From NCBI GenBank assembly GCA_951804945.1, contig OX638166.1, positions 33,790,001 to 33,854,000 of the forward strand: 64,000 nt of DNA, given 5' to 3'. The DNA is from Podarcis cretensis. Lineage: Eukaryota. The position numbers and the translations under genes are program-made. Under the pieces are notes generated by a model. The model was not told the origin of the DNA, made no database searches, and saw only the letters and a program-made list of their open reading frames with translations. Shown in pieces: positions 39,061-51,999 of this stretch. Position 1 is the first letter of the stretch. Every line of letters begins with the position of its first letter.

Positions 39061-40345
39061 CTCCTCATCTTTCTCAGGGCACATAAAGAACAAGAAAAGA
39101 CAGCAATGCCTGCATTGGCCCAGAGCCTGCTCCTCTACAGCCCATAACTAAGGGAAGCTGCTGGTACTTTGCATCTGCCTAGCCCTCCTGGTTGGGGCAG
39201 TGATGATTTGGAGGCCTCTGATTGGCAAGGGCACAGAGGAGGAGGAGGTGGGAGGGGGGATATACAGGCTCTCCAAACAATGCTGGCACCATTTCCTGCT
39301 CAGCAGCCTCTCCAAAGCAAGAGGGGCAGCTCCTGATCCCCACTGCAGAGGCCCATCAGGCTTTCTGGGTCTAGCAATTGTCTGGGTCAGAGGATGGCAG
39401 CCTCTAGTAAGAAAGGGGTGGTGGCGGCGGCAGCAACAACATGCAACACAGAGGCAGTAGTTGGAAAGAGATTCTGAGAAAGGTGGTTAGGCAGATAAAG
39501 CGGGAGCAGGGAGTGGGTAAGCAGCACTGGGTGTATTTCTGCACCAAAGAAACCAAAACTGGCATATCAGAATACTTTCCCAAATGCTTGGGCAAGTTCA
39601 AATGGTGACAAGGCGAGACAGAGAAGAAAGGAAAGACATGGAGTAATCAAATAAAAGCTACTGGAAGATGTTATGGAGCAGTGGGGATACGGAACATTGA
39701 ATTCCCACTGCTAGAAGTCCTGCCCAGATCCTTGTGTTTCTGAACCTTCAAATCAAACCACAGTCTTAAATGTATATAGACTTTTCTCCACAATTAGGGA
39801 TGCTAGGTACAAATAGAAAGAGCGATTCTCTTCCATTCAAATTCAAACCCAGCTGTGAGCTTATCTCTATCTCTATGTTAATGTATAGAGTTTGCTTATA
39901 TTACTGGTTTATATAATCCAATACAGTCTACGCAGGCTAGCAGTGGTTGTCCTGGGTCTAAGGGGGAGCTATGCAAGTCTTTACAAAACTGAAAACACTA
40001 GGAATTGAACACAGGCCCATCAGCGTGCATAGTATGAACACTAACCTATGGGCCCACCCATAGAAATTCAGCTTTTGTATTTGTACCGCAATAATGCAGA
40101 CATTCAGAATGCATAAAACCCTTAAAAGGCAGGAGACAACGGAGACACAATGAGTGATAAGGGCAAGGGTTGCAGCCCTTTGCAGATGATTGCCATTTCT
40201 TTTTCAAATACAGCACAAATCATTGAAGTGTGTGTGTAATCTTGGCATTTAGGATAACTGAGATTTTTGGAAAGCAAGAAGTACCATAGATCTGGGGCCA
40301 TTGTTGCAAAGTGCCACTGTGTTAGGGAAAGAGTCGTGCACACTC

Positions 40346-40364
40346 CTGCCACTAGATGGCACCA
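40346..40364 (+). promoter_or_regulatory. CTCF-binding motif
   Basis: CTGCCACTAGATGGCACCA matches the core CCACYAGRKGGCR, with an upstream TGCA module at 40337-40340. Confidence 0.65.
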
Positions 40365-43300
40365 CTTCATGGCAGTAGGAGCTGATAGAGGAGCCACAGC
40401 TCAAGTGAAGAGCCACCAAATCTCAGTTCCAAGTGAGGCTTCAAACAACACCCTTGACTTAATAAAACACTAGATCAAAGCCTTGGTTGCTGTGTTGGCC
40501 CCATCAGGAAATGAAGGAGGACCCTATGACACAGAACAAGCGAGGAAATAGCTTTTATTGAGCCAACCATTATTCAGAATTCTGCTGCCAAAAGCCTTTA
40601 ATAGGTAGCTAATTGGTTGATTGGCCCAATTAAAATATTATATGGACTATAGTTAAACCAAAGATATACCTTCTTTGCTCCATATTTCTAAATCAAGCAT
40701 TATGGTCTGAGACGGTACTGCGGCAGAGCCTAAGCTGAGGCTCAACAACAACAGATCTAGCTCCAGGCAAGTGTGCATTGGCAAAACAAATGGACCAGGA
40801 GAAGGGCGGAGGTCTCTGGTCTTCAGGAATTAGGGAAAGCAGCAGAAGGGGAAAGTGTCGGAAGCAGCAACTCCTGGGTCTGCGCTCAGCTGTGATGTTA
40901 TTTATTGTTGCTGTTGTTATTTCCACATTTAGAATAATAAATAAGCAGATGATAAAATAGGAATAATAGTAGGAATAGTGATGTTTAAGGGAATAGGACT
41001 GAATGGGGAGAACAGAAGACAGAATAAGAATCAGGATTCAGAGCCTCCCTTACATGTTCCCCTCGGGATCTAAATATGCCATGAGGAAGGAGAGGAGAAG
41101 AAACATAGAATGGGGTTGTTTGCATGGATGGTTGAAAAGGTACCTCTTTAAGCTATATTCCAGCCTCCTCTGTTGTCTAATTGCAGCTGGACTGCTAATC
41201 CCACATGAAGAAAAAAGGTGTTTTGTCTCTTTAAGAGGAGACTTGGCACTGCCCTGGTACCCGTTGGCAGCCAGGTTTTACGAGCAGCCTGTGCTTGCTG
41301 CAGCCATTTGATGAAGGCGAAGGAGACAGAAACATGAGTGAGATGGGAGCACATCGCCAACCCTGCGCTCCCCTAAAATGGCGGCATAGCAACAGGGTGG
41401 CAAAGCCCCAAGCAGCCTAAAGACCATTTTCTTCCACTTCGTACGGGAAATCGGAGGTGCCCTCTCAATGGGCATACAGACTGACAGATATAAAAGATGA
41501 AATATTTTCAATGGATGATCAGATAAAAGGACAGAACCGACTGCTCTACAAGGCGATAGTCAAATATCTCCTTAAAAGAAAGGCTAAGAGGACAGGTAAA
41601 CAGGCCAGGAACATGCAACCTCTCAACCCTGCCCTTTACCTTTGAGCAGTGAGGATAGCGAATCTGCATTCTGCCTTTCCCAGAGATCCGACTTTCTTCT
41701 AGTGGGAACATCAGCCTGGAGAACACTGGCATTGAAAAGCCTAGTGATGGTTGGCATACACAGAGATGCATTCACGCATCTAAAACTGACATTCCCTGTA
41801 TTAATAAACTGGATCAAGCAGCTCTATCGAGAAAAAAATGCAATTGGTTTTAAAGGACCATGACTTCTTTCTGGCTTGGCAGCGGTTTTCAAACTTATTA
41901 CTTGTAAGGCAGCAATTCCATCTACCTATGAACCCTGGCACATTGCAGAATAGTCTAGAACATGCAGGGTGCACACTCTGTATTCACACAGAGTGCTGGC
42001 TAGGGCTGTTTGGCTTCACTTTTGTTGCACATGAACATACAACATGCCCCACCCTGTCATATAACTGCACATTACCAGGAAAGTGGCATTATCAGAAGTG
42101 GCAGGTGAGCTGTCATTCATGGAAGCTTGCATGCTATTTCTATCTTGTTCTTACTGAAGAACATCTGAAGAGCTCCCAAAGGCAGTCCAGTCCCCAGAGC
42201 ATAAAACCAATGTTCCATTGCAGTAACGACATTCAGAGAATTACTATATACATGTACTTGAGAGTAAGCCCTACTGAACTCACTGGGACTATGCTTAGAA
42301 CCATAGAGTCATGGATTTGTAGATTTGGGAGAGACCCTAAGGTATTGGCGTAGCGTGGGTTGCCAGTGCCCAGGGCCGTGAAGAAGGGGTGGGATCGGAG
42401 GGTGGGAAACAGACAGAGGACGCATAGGAATTCAACTGCCTAATGGAATCCGCATCACCCAGGAGATCACAGCCACAGAGTTCAACAGTTTGGGGCCATG
42501 GGAGAAAACAATCAAAATGAGCTCTGGGTATTGCTCTCCACTACCAAAGTTGTTGAGACCTTGGGTGGCACAGGAAGGAGATTGTGGAGGCAGACATCCT
42601 GTGAGCACATTTGAGCCTTCTGCGAGCTCTCAAATCAGCCACTCCCAAAAGCTTGACCTTTGGGTGAGGGGGATGTCAAACCTTGGGATGCTCATGTATC
42701 CAGAATACTTATCTGCTAAAGAGGGAGGCTACCACAATCAGCTGTTCAGCAGGCTAGGGCAGGAGATATACAGGATTTGACCACACTGGGGCTGCAGTGG
42801 AATTCGGTTGTTTTGCAGGGACTAGACTCACACCTGTCATACATTTGCAAGCCAGGATACTTGGTGAAGTCGAAAGCCACCAATAAACAAGCAACTGGTT
42901 TTAGAGGGGAGACTTTGAGCAACAAGAAGGGTGTATATATATCAGCTGCAGGATCTGTAGCAAAACAGATGCCTGAAACGACACAATCAAAACACAATCA
43001 TTCTCGAGTTCTCTTCCCAATACAGAATGGATCTTAGGAACATTTGTCCCTAAGTGCAACTCAATTCCAATAGACACAATGCAGATCTATTATAGCTTCA
43101 TCTCAAAACTACAAGAGTTCTGCAAATTTTCATTTTCAAATACATCCGCCTTGAACCACCTCAAATGTCACTGCTTCCTGGGTGCCCCTTCTACGATCCA
43201 CCAACAGTCTGTCTGGCCATTGTGCAAACTATGCTTTGCAGGAAACGAGAAATGACCAAGAAGAACAGCAGCAGGCCTGGAGAGAATCCTCTGTTCGTGG

Positions 43301-44532
43301 GCCTGGGTCCTATTATGGGTCACTCATGAAATGCACAAGCAATTAGCGCCCTGGGCAAAGCCCCAAAACCATGGCAGGCTGCTTTTGACATGCCTTCACA
43401 TTCTGGCCACAGGCTTTTTATTGGCATCCTGGGGTAGGCAAGAGGAAACATGTGAAAATCAGAAGAGCTGTCAAAACGATGGGTCACCCCAAGCCAGTGA
43501 CCCACCTGGCACAGAGCTCTGCCTCCAGCAGTGGGATTTATATACGTGTAGTTTCAGAGTCAGCTGCTTGTTCCATTCATCCCAATCACTCATAGACATG
43601 TCGTGATACCTCAGACTGAGGCTGCTTGCTGTGAATATCTTGGCTAATAGCCGAAGGTGGGCTGATCTTCCACAAATTAATTGACACACACTCCCACTCC
43701 CCCAAACACCTTTATCTGCCAGGCTATCACAACATCCCTTGCTAATGAGTCACACAAGTTGTGTGACTGTGGTTTAAGTATGCACTGTGTAAAACATTGC
43801 TCCCTCCTGGGTAACACCTGCTGCCTGCTATTATTGTCAAATGTCCCCAAGTTCTCACTTCACCAGAGTGGGTAACTAGTTTCCATTCATGCTCTTCACA
43901 CAATCTCCCCGCTGACCCAGCACCATTCGACTGTCGCCTATCATCGGAAAAGTCTTGAACCTTTTGACTTTTCCTCTGTTGTAGGTAAATAAAACTGAGT
44001 GCCCTTGGCTATACGTGCCCCCACTCCCAAGTTTTGTTCTCTCCTCCTGGAGACAGGAGGACTGAAGCTGCAATTTTGGCAGCTGTTGCAAGGTGTGCTC
44101 TATAAAGCCTGCCCCAGAGCTGACACACCATGGGGCTGCAACACAACACGTCTTAGTATCTGCAAGCAGCTCTTCAGTATCCTGCTCCTTACTGCAACCA
44201 GGCCTCACGCATCATACATGGTGCAGAAATTTTCTGCACTGTATGGATGAAGCTGCAGACCCTCCCCTACCCCAGCTGGGCCTCTTAAAGCACAGAGGCT
44301 GCCAATTGCGCTGGGCTTTGGACAGCATCTCCTTCTTTGTCTCTCAGCTTTAATAAAAGTTATTTTAAAATGTGGTTTCTCTCAGAAAATGAATCAATCA
44401 ATAAACAGAAATATGAGCTCTGGGCTTTGGACAGGAGGTGGGAGGAAGGAGAGGGACAAATCAAGGAAGGGTGCTGAGGAAACCTAGAGATTTCGTTTCT
44501 CCGACGCCTCCTGTGTACTCCACGGCAACTTG

Positions 44533-44672
44533 NNNNNNNNNNNNNNNNNNNNNNNNNNNNNNNNNNNNNNNNNNNNNNNNNNNNNNNNNNNNNNNNNNNN
44601 NNNNNNNNNNNNNNNNNNNNNNNNNNNNNNNNNNNNNNNNNNNNNNNNNNNNNNNNNNNNNNNNNNNNNNNN
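44533..44672. other. Assembly gap (N run)
   Basis: 140 N. Confidence 0.99.
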
Positions 44673-45865
44673 TAACATAAAGGAAAGAGAGTAGTAGTAT
44701 CCCTTTAATGCAGACACACACGCACACACAGAGCGGAGCTTTCCTAAAATACTCACAAGCGCTGAGCTCTGCTTGGGCCCGTTCCAGTCCCCTGCATCTG
44801 TTTGGCAGGAGCCCAGAGGGGCTAAGGTTACTCTGAGCACAGGAGGGGCCTATTCCTGTAGAGAGCTCTGAAAACTTGCTCTTGGAGGGGAGAGGAGAGG
44901 AGGAGAGGGAGCGCTACCCCCACACCAAACACTGCTGGGGTGTACAATTTACTCTGTGCTGAGACACAAGGAGGGGAGAGGCAAGAACCAGGAATAAGAG
45001 GTGGCTTTGTCATCCCCTCCTCCTCCTCCTCCTCCCCCCACCCTCCCGCTTTTGGACTCCATGCTTCTCTCTGGCTCTCTTCTTTGGAAATGCCAGCTAG
45101 ATTTCCTCCTCCTTAGCGTCTTCCACTACCTGGACAAATTTCCAATGAGAATCAAGCAGTGGGTACATGCCATGCGAGGGGGAGGGGGAGAAGAAGCAAC
45201 CCTTTCTCCGACATTACATTTCTCTGCTTACATTTTGAAGAGAGCCCAGTATTGCAGACCTTTGTTAGATCTGAAATGCTCAGGTGTGAGTATGTATGGC
45301 ACAAACTTCAGAGTGGGTCTTAAGGGATGTGCAAGGCACTAAATGCCACTTATTTTCTTGACAGTGCAAAAATTGTAACTTTTTGGCCGCTTCCTGTTTC
45401 CGCAACACATCTTCAAAATGTGGAAGCAGGGAATGGTGTAATATGTGGAGTGTCTCTCAGGAAAGGTCAGTAGGGCAGCCATTGGGGGGTGGAGATGGGC
45501 AGCAGTGGTAAGGATGTGCCACACACACCCTTCCCTGTGGCCCCTAAGCTAGCTAGCAGCCCTCCATTGTCCGTCAGGATACCTTCCATTGCCACTGTTG
45601 AAGTAAATTTCAAAGACCAGTCCAGTATGTGGAATTGGGGAGAGGAGGGCATCTTGTCCTTTGCTTCAGGCCATGCCTTGGGCCAGTCCTGGCGAAGGGA
45701 GAACTCTTATGCCTTTAAGGGTGCAGAAGAAGGAGTTTTCAAGAGCCCCGGGTTTTCCTCTCATCTTTATGCTCAAATCTCCTCTTCTGCAGAAACCAAG
45801 AATGTTTTCAGGAGTCTTGTTCTCCTTTGCGTTTACTTACTCAAGAAGGAGCCCAGAGATAGCTG

Positions 45866-45869
<4 letters not shown>

Positions 45870-45905
<36 letters not shown>
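45870..45905. repeat. (CA)n microsatellite
   Basis: Seen directly. Confidence 0.95.
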
Positions 45906-45906
<1 letters not shown>

Positions 45907-47099
45907 ATATTCCAGTTCTACAACTGTCCCAGCTGATGATTGGCAGAGGAGAGGAAGAAGTGAAGGGGAGGAGAGACGAGAGAGCAAGGGAGGCTCAGTG
46001 CGAAGGCCCAGGCGGAGTGTGCAGGCTGAAAGGCTCTTTGTCTGTCTTGGGGAGGTTATCCGAGGTAACCTCAAAATCACGCCTGACCTTCTGTTCCACA
46101 TTAGAGTCATTATTAAGAGTTAGCTCAGAGAGAGAGGAGGTGGGGGGGGGGAGAGAAAGAGAGAAGCAGCCCAGTCAAGCCCAGCCCAGCCCTGACGCCT
46201 GCCCCATGCCACCCTTACAGCTTTTTCCCATTTACTTTCCCAGCAGTGACCTACTTTCTGCCTTAGTAACAGAGCAGGAAGCCACAAACAGGGCCCTGGC
46301 TGCTCCTGACACAACGGGGGCCGTAATCGGCAACATATTGCATGCTGGCCAGGCAGTGGCCGCCTATGATTCCTGCAAGCGAATGGCCAAATGCAGCTGG
46401 CTCCTTTGGCCAAAGCATTTCTACCCATTTTGGGGTCAGGGAAGCCCAGGCATGGGAATTCCTTACAAAAAGGGCATGTGGCAGCACTGAGGCAAGTACC
46501 CGGGCATCCCAAATGGGAGTGTGTTGAGACCCTGGACGATCTGGCCACCCCTCCCCCATTGCACCCTCCCAAATCTGGAAACTGAATCATGGGATTCTGA
46601 GCACTTCCCGGCATCCCCCTTCAATACTCACAGAACACGCTTTCCCTTTACTTTGAGGACTTGTAACAGAAATAAAAAGGTCCAGATCCTGTCAAGTTCT
46701 GGCACTTCAGTCATGAAACCTTGGGCTTGCCTACCAGGTAGAAGGCACTAAAACCTTGCCTGGTCATGCTTTCGCTCCCCTTTGGACTGAGAACTCAAAA
46801 ATACTGATCAAAATGCTCGGGAGGATTGAGAGCTTCCTCTCTGGAAGCCTTCCCCAACCTGGTGCCCTCCGGTTGGTTTGGCTACAATCAGGACCCAGCA
46901 TCAGGTAAAATAAATGGAAAGGATTTTCTTCTTCTGATGGCTGATTGGTACCTTTCTAACACTACCAATTTATTTGCTTTTGATAGCTCCACTATCAGAA
47001 ATGCACAACAGGTCCCAATTCCTTTAGTGGGGCTAACTTTTGAGGAACAGCACATAAAATCAGGCTACATGGGTATATTACAAAGGGATGGGTAGACCA

Positions 47100-47145
47100 C
47101 TGCCTTGCCTTGCCTTGCCTTTTCTTTTCTTTTCTTTTCTTTTCT
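47100..47145. repeat. Compound (TGCCT)n(TTTCT)n pentanucleotide repeat
   Basis: Seen directly. Confidence 0.9.
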
Positions 47146-48497
47146 TCAGGAAACATTGCTTTAGAAAGGGGCAATTTATAGACCAAAAGTGGTTGAGAAA
47201 GAAGGATGTTTAACTTTCTCTGCCTTCTATTCTTTGGGTCCAAACTGTCCTTCAGGCACACTGCCCACGCCCCCACCTCCAACAGAGTTTCCAAATATGT
47301 GTTTGCCCGCATCAAAGGGAAGGGCATTTGAGAGTTATTTGGAAGGGAGCAATGCAGGGAAGGGTAAGTAATTTAAAAAACAAACAAACAAACAAACCAC
47401 AATTGCCCCATCTCCAGTCTTAAGTGCCCACTCCCAAAGCATTTTTTCCTTGTTAAAAAGGGAGCTGTCTGTTTCACCCATTTTGGTACAATATGTAGTT
47501 TGGCCATAAGTAGGGTAAAGAAAGAACTAACACTAAACTAAGACTCTCCTGTTGCTGCCAGGCGACCTGTTTGTTGAACATTCATTATTTGTTTGTGGGG
47601 AGAGTATATGTTGTTGCAGCAAGCAATAGTTATCCCACAATTTCCATTGTATTTCCCATCTTACTTTATTGTCAAGAATATTTTTTTGGGGGGGTGTTGT
47701 TGTAGAAGAGTGCCAAATCAATGTGAATTTGCCAATACGTGTATGAATCTCACTCCAAAAGAACGACCGTGTGGAAGCACATGTCATAAGAGTTTCAGCA
47801 GATGATTAGGGGAGAAAAGACTCCAAAATACACTTAGCTTCCCCTTCTCAACCCACTGGGGTTTGGCCCCTCTACCTGCAGAACTTTTAGTGAATCCTCA
47901 TTAGTTCAGGGTTTGTGTTTCCCTAAAGTTAACGAGAGTTCCAGGTTCTTGGAAGAGACACACAGCCAGGGTGGGAGTCCATAGAATAAGGTTGGGAGAC
48001 AACTTTAGATGGCTGCCAAAAGAGAAAAGCAGGATTTTTTATGAATAGCAAAATAAACAGCTGTGAGCAGCCTTGGTGGGATGTTCACAGGGTAACGGAC
48101 ACACAAATGTTGAGAACTGGTTGGGAGCTCATAATTAGGATTCAAGGAGAAAGAAATACCTGAGAAACCCACAGGAAGATCAAGGACTACAGTATAAAAT
48201 GCCTGCCTCTGGGGATCAGTGGCCTGAGCAGGGATGGAACTGGACTTAGGTCTCCCCCAGATGACCTGTTTATTCAGCATTCATCCTGAATTGTTTCCAG
48301 AAAGCTTATGGCAGCTTTATTGAACATTTGTTCTGATCTTCTTTATGGAACGGTTATAAGACAATGAGCGTTCATCCTGCATGCATCGCAATTTGCTTGC
48401 TTGGTGGTTTACACATCTTCCTGTTAGTTATTCATTCTTCCCACATTTGTCAATCCACTTCCCCATTACTTTCCAAACTGCAAAAAGTATGTTTTTC

Positions 48498-48498
<1 letters not shown>

Positions 48499-48531
<33 letters not shown>
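48499..48531. repeat. (CA)n microsatellite
   Basis: Seen directly. Confidence 0.95.
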
Positions 48532-48537
<6 letters not shown>

Positions 48538-48887
48538 TCACTGAATTTGTTTTGCTAGAGCAGTATAGCACTTTAATCCACTCTGCATGCACAAACTCTA
48601 AAGTTTCAGTATAAAACCAGGAAGGTCCATAGAGCTATGAAATCCATAGATCTCATAGATCTATAGGCTGGAGAATTGCATTTTGGGTAACAAGATGGTG
48701 AGCAGCCACTATACATCGGAGCCAGGTTTACCTCCCATTCAAAGGTACTGACACCCATCCACTGCTGAAGCATGTCTGGGTTGGGAAGATGGGGGCCCAT
48801 CATCAGCACCATGCCAGGGGTCTTCTTTGGGTCTGGTGCCAGCCCACTTGGAAAGCACTGGGAAGTCAGCCAATGCAGATACTAAGG

Positions 48888-48998
48888 CATGACCCGGAAG
48901 CTGTATGCCGGCTTCCTCAGCCAATAAAGCAAGATGAGCACCGCAACCCCAGAGTCGGTCACGACTGGACCTAATGGTCAGGGGTCCCTTTACCTTTA
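48888..48998 (+). mobile_element. Sauria SINE 3' fragment
   Basis: catgacccggaagctg...gactggacctaatggtcaggggtccctttaccttta matches the 3' part of the 21028 copy. Confidence 0.85.
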
Positions 48999-50460
48999 TC
49001 TAAATATTAGAACAATGGAGCTTGCAGTAGTCTAAACCAAATGATCAGAGGAGGGTTCGGGCTTCTTAGGAGCAAGTCAGAAGGTTTAGGGCCTTTTGCT
49101 CAAGATCAAATAAAATGTTGCCAGAAACCACTCATGGATGTTTCAGAACATCATTTTCATCCTGAGACCAAACAAAATGATTCTCATGGAGAAAACAATG
49201 AAGTGCTTATATAACATGTTTTATTTTGAAATCAGGCCCTGCTACTCTCTTAAGCTTGATTAAGATTTTGAGAATCCTACCTAGTAGGAGTAGACCTTTC
49301 TGGCTCCCGTGAATTTGTCTGCTTCTTTTTTGAACTCCGTTAGTATCTACAGCCCTTAATATTTATGGTGTGTGAGAGAGAGTCCCACGGGTCATCTCTG
49401 TGATGCTTTCATTTTGACTTCAGCCTGTCATGCATTCATTTCATTTAGGCTGCCTTGTACTCCTGGTACAGTGTAGCCAGAACTGTTTGTTCAGCTCCAT
49501 GTGAAGGAGTTAAAGTGTGAGATGGGCTCCCATTCCCACACCCAGCATAGGCAGCTGCCTGAAATTCCCCACCAAGATGTTGTCCGGGTGACAAAGCACT
49601 GTGGATACACAATGTTCTGCCAAAACATTTCCCTACTAATTCAATTATGCGGGAAGAAACTTCCCAGATTCCTTTTCCTCCCCTCATATCCTAAGTGACA
49701 TCACCAGGACTTGTTTTACTTTTGGAACTTGTGTTGTTTTCAGCATTGTTTATTCTCCTCTTACTTAGAACAAGTGGACATGGGGCAGTGACTGGGATTG
49801 TAAAACCTGTGGTGGGTACGGCTATAGGGTGGAAAGCAAGTAAATGGGAGAGCTTCATGAGAGCTCAGAGCTGAAAATGCACGCAGACAGCTAGGCATGT
49901 GCAGAAAGTCTAGAAACTGTTGAGGCCATAGCCATGCTGTGAGGCACAGAATATGAACTCTAATGCACAGCTGCTGCAGATCACTGAGAATTGGCATGTT
50001 TTGTTTCATTTTCTGGGAAAGAAATAGCAAGTTCATAGTCCTCACTATTATGGGAAAGCACTTTGAAAGTTGTGGTTATTTTAACTAGAGTCTAGGTAGC
50101 ATGCTAGCAAGGTTACTGAATCAGAGACAAATCTCTGCACAGTCCTCCTGGCTTCACAATACATCAGCCAAATGTTAGTATTTCCCCCAACCATTCTTTC
50201 CTAGCCCGCCCCCCCAAACCCCTGAACAAATACATATCCAATTCTGCAACGTAAAAAATTGTGCGACCAAAAAAGCAGAAAATATATGAATTGCTATCAC
50301 AATATCTGAACTTCCTGCTTTTAAAGTGTTGAGAATGTTTGGCATAGGATTCCAGACTGGTTGTGATAATCAAGAGTAGCCATGTCAGTATACTGGGGTG
50401 GGGGAGCTCCAGCGCCTAAATTAAAAATGAACAAGAATTCATTGCTTCATAATGCAGGCC

Positions 50461-50474
50461 ATTATTATTATTAT

Positions 50475-50507
<33 letters not shown>

Positions 50508-50680
50508 AATTTATATACTACGCTTTATCAAAAGATCCCAGGGTGATGTACATTAAAATAGTCATCATAATAATAGTCCTCTCCCCCATACAGGCCATAG
50601 ATTATTTAACAGCCATAGACCTGGGCAAAGAGGAATGTTTTTGCCTGGTGCCTAAAGACATGTAATGATGGTGCCAGGCC
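50461..50680 (-). mobile_element. Old L2 3' end with (TAT)n(TAC)n tail
   Basis: Microsatellite tail followed by acctgggcaaagaggaatgtttttgcctggtgcctaaa, an L2-type terminus. Confidence 0.6.
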
Positions 50681-51895
50681 AGGCCCAACCTTTCCCTTCC
50701 TGGTGCTCTCCAGAAATTTTAGACTATTGTGGCTGATGGGAGTTGTAGTCCAGGTTTGGAGGGCACCATGTTGGGGAAGGGTATGTGAAAAGGGGAAAGG
50801 AGGAAATTTGATTTGATTGTTGATTTTAGGTTCACTCAGCTGCCAAGAACCATCAGTGTTCAAATATGGTGCCATCAGTATCAAACGGCCCATGCAGTCT
50901 TCAGTATGCACTCCTTCTATGACGTAGCAGTCTTAAATATTGCTCTTAGGACAGACCAAAAGGGAATGAATGGCTGCAATAACACAGCATCGCGACACCC
51001 TGGAGGAGCTTGCAGGCTGGACACAGCCTTGCGCTTGAATGGTGGTTGTAACTGTGACACAGCTAGGAGGACAAAGTGTGAGATATGCTGAAGCTCCTTT
51101 TCCAGGTGCCAAGATGACACAGTTCTTGAGAATGACAGGCATGCCCTTTCTCCTACCAGCCAACCCCATTTGCTGGCACAGAAGGCAATGAGCAGCTTAC
51201 ATGATAGACATTCAACAATGGACCAAGGGCAGGAAAAGAAGTCAACCACACAAAAACTCGTCTTTTTAAAGTGGGGGCAAGTGGGGGTGGGCAGGGGAAA
51301 CATACCAGATTCTGAGTGAAGAAAGCCAGGAACTGGAACACAAACAATAACAGACCCTGGCATATGATGTGGATTGCACCCCATTGTCAGGTGAATAATA
51401 GTAGCAGATACTGAAAACAAACAAAGCTTACACCCACCCTAACTGGACCCTCCAGAGTGAGTGCCCAAACTGCTGACAAAACGTCAGTAGGAAAGTATAG
51501 CAAATTATAGCTGAGTGAAATTACTAAAAAGAGTCACTAGGGCTGTATATGTATGCTGCAATACTGCAGAAACACAGGAAAACTGCAGAATATGGAACTA
51601 GCTTCAGAATCCAGCTCCCAAAGAACCTCAGCTATATTTGTGTATGTGTGTGTGTGTGCACGCACACACGCACGTCTCCAGCCTTTATGGTTGCATCAAT
51701 ATCCCTTAAAGTGCGCCAGCAATAAATACCTGGTGGAATCTTAGGAGCTAATGGGGTTGCTACATGAGATCTCCTGTGTCAAAAGACAGGACTTCAGTAC
51801 CTTGTACAACTCCCCCCCCCCCATTAGCAAATGCAGGCTTATGTAAATTAGCAAGGTCTGGAGAAACCCAAATTCTGAATGTCACATCTAAGCAA

Positions 51896-51933
51896 GTATC
51901 TGAAGAAGTGTGCATGCACACGAAAGCTCATAC
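51896..51933 (+). ncRNA. Minimal type I hammerhead ribozyme motif (Penelope type)
   Basis: GTAT-CTGAAGA-A-GTGTGC-AT-GCACAC-GAA-AGCT-C-ATAC: stem I GTAT/ATAC, intact core, stem II hairpin and palindromic stem III. Confidence 0.7.
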
Positions 51934-51999
51934 CTAGAACTAACTTAGTTGGTCTTTAAGGTGCTACTGGAAGGAATTTTTTTCTTTTATTTTGTTTTG
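51898..51999 (+). mobile_element. Short Penelope-type insertion with 14-bp TSD
   Basis: Direct repeat acatctaagcaagt at 51884-51897 and 52000-52013. The body resembles reptile Penelope terminal sequence (recalled, not searched). Confidence 0.8.

Noticed and set aside
40545-40640. Weak inverted repeat resembling another Penelope terminus pair
   Set aside because: Too decayed, with no hammerhead core left, to support from sequence alone.
45489-46490. 333-aa plus-strand ORF, the longest in the window
   Set aside because: It runs through a (CA)n microsatellite and purine-rich low-complexity sequence, has no ATG start at the called position, shows no recognisable domain and is antisense within an intron.
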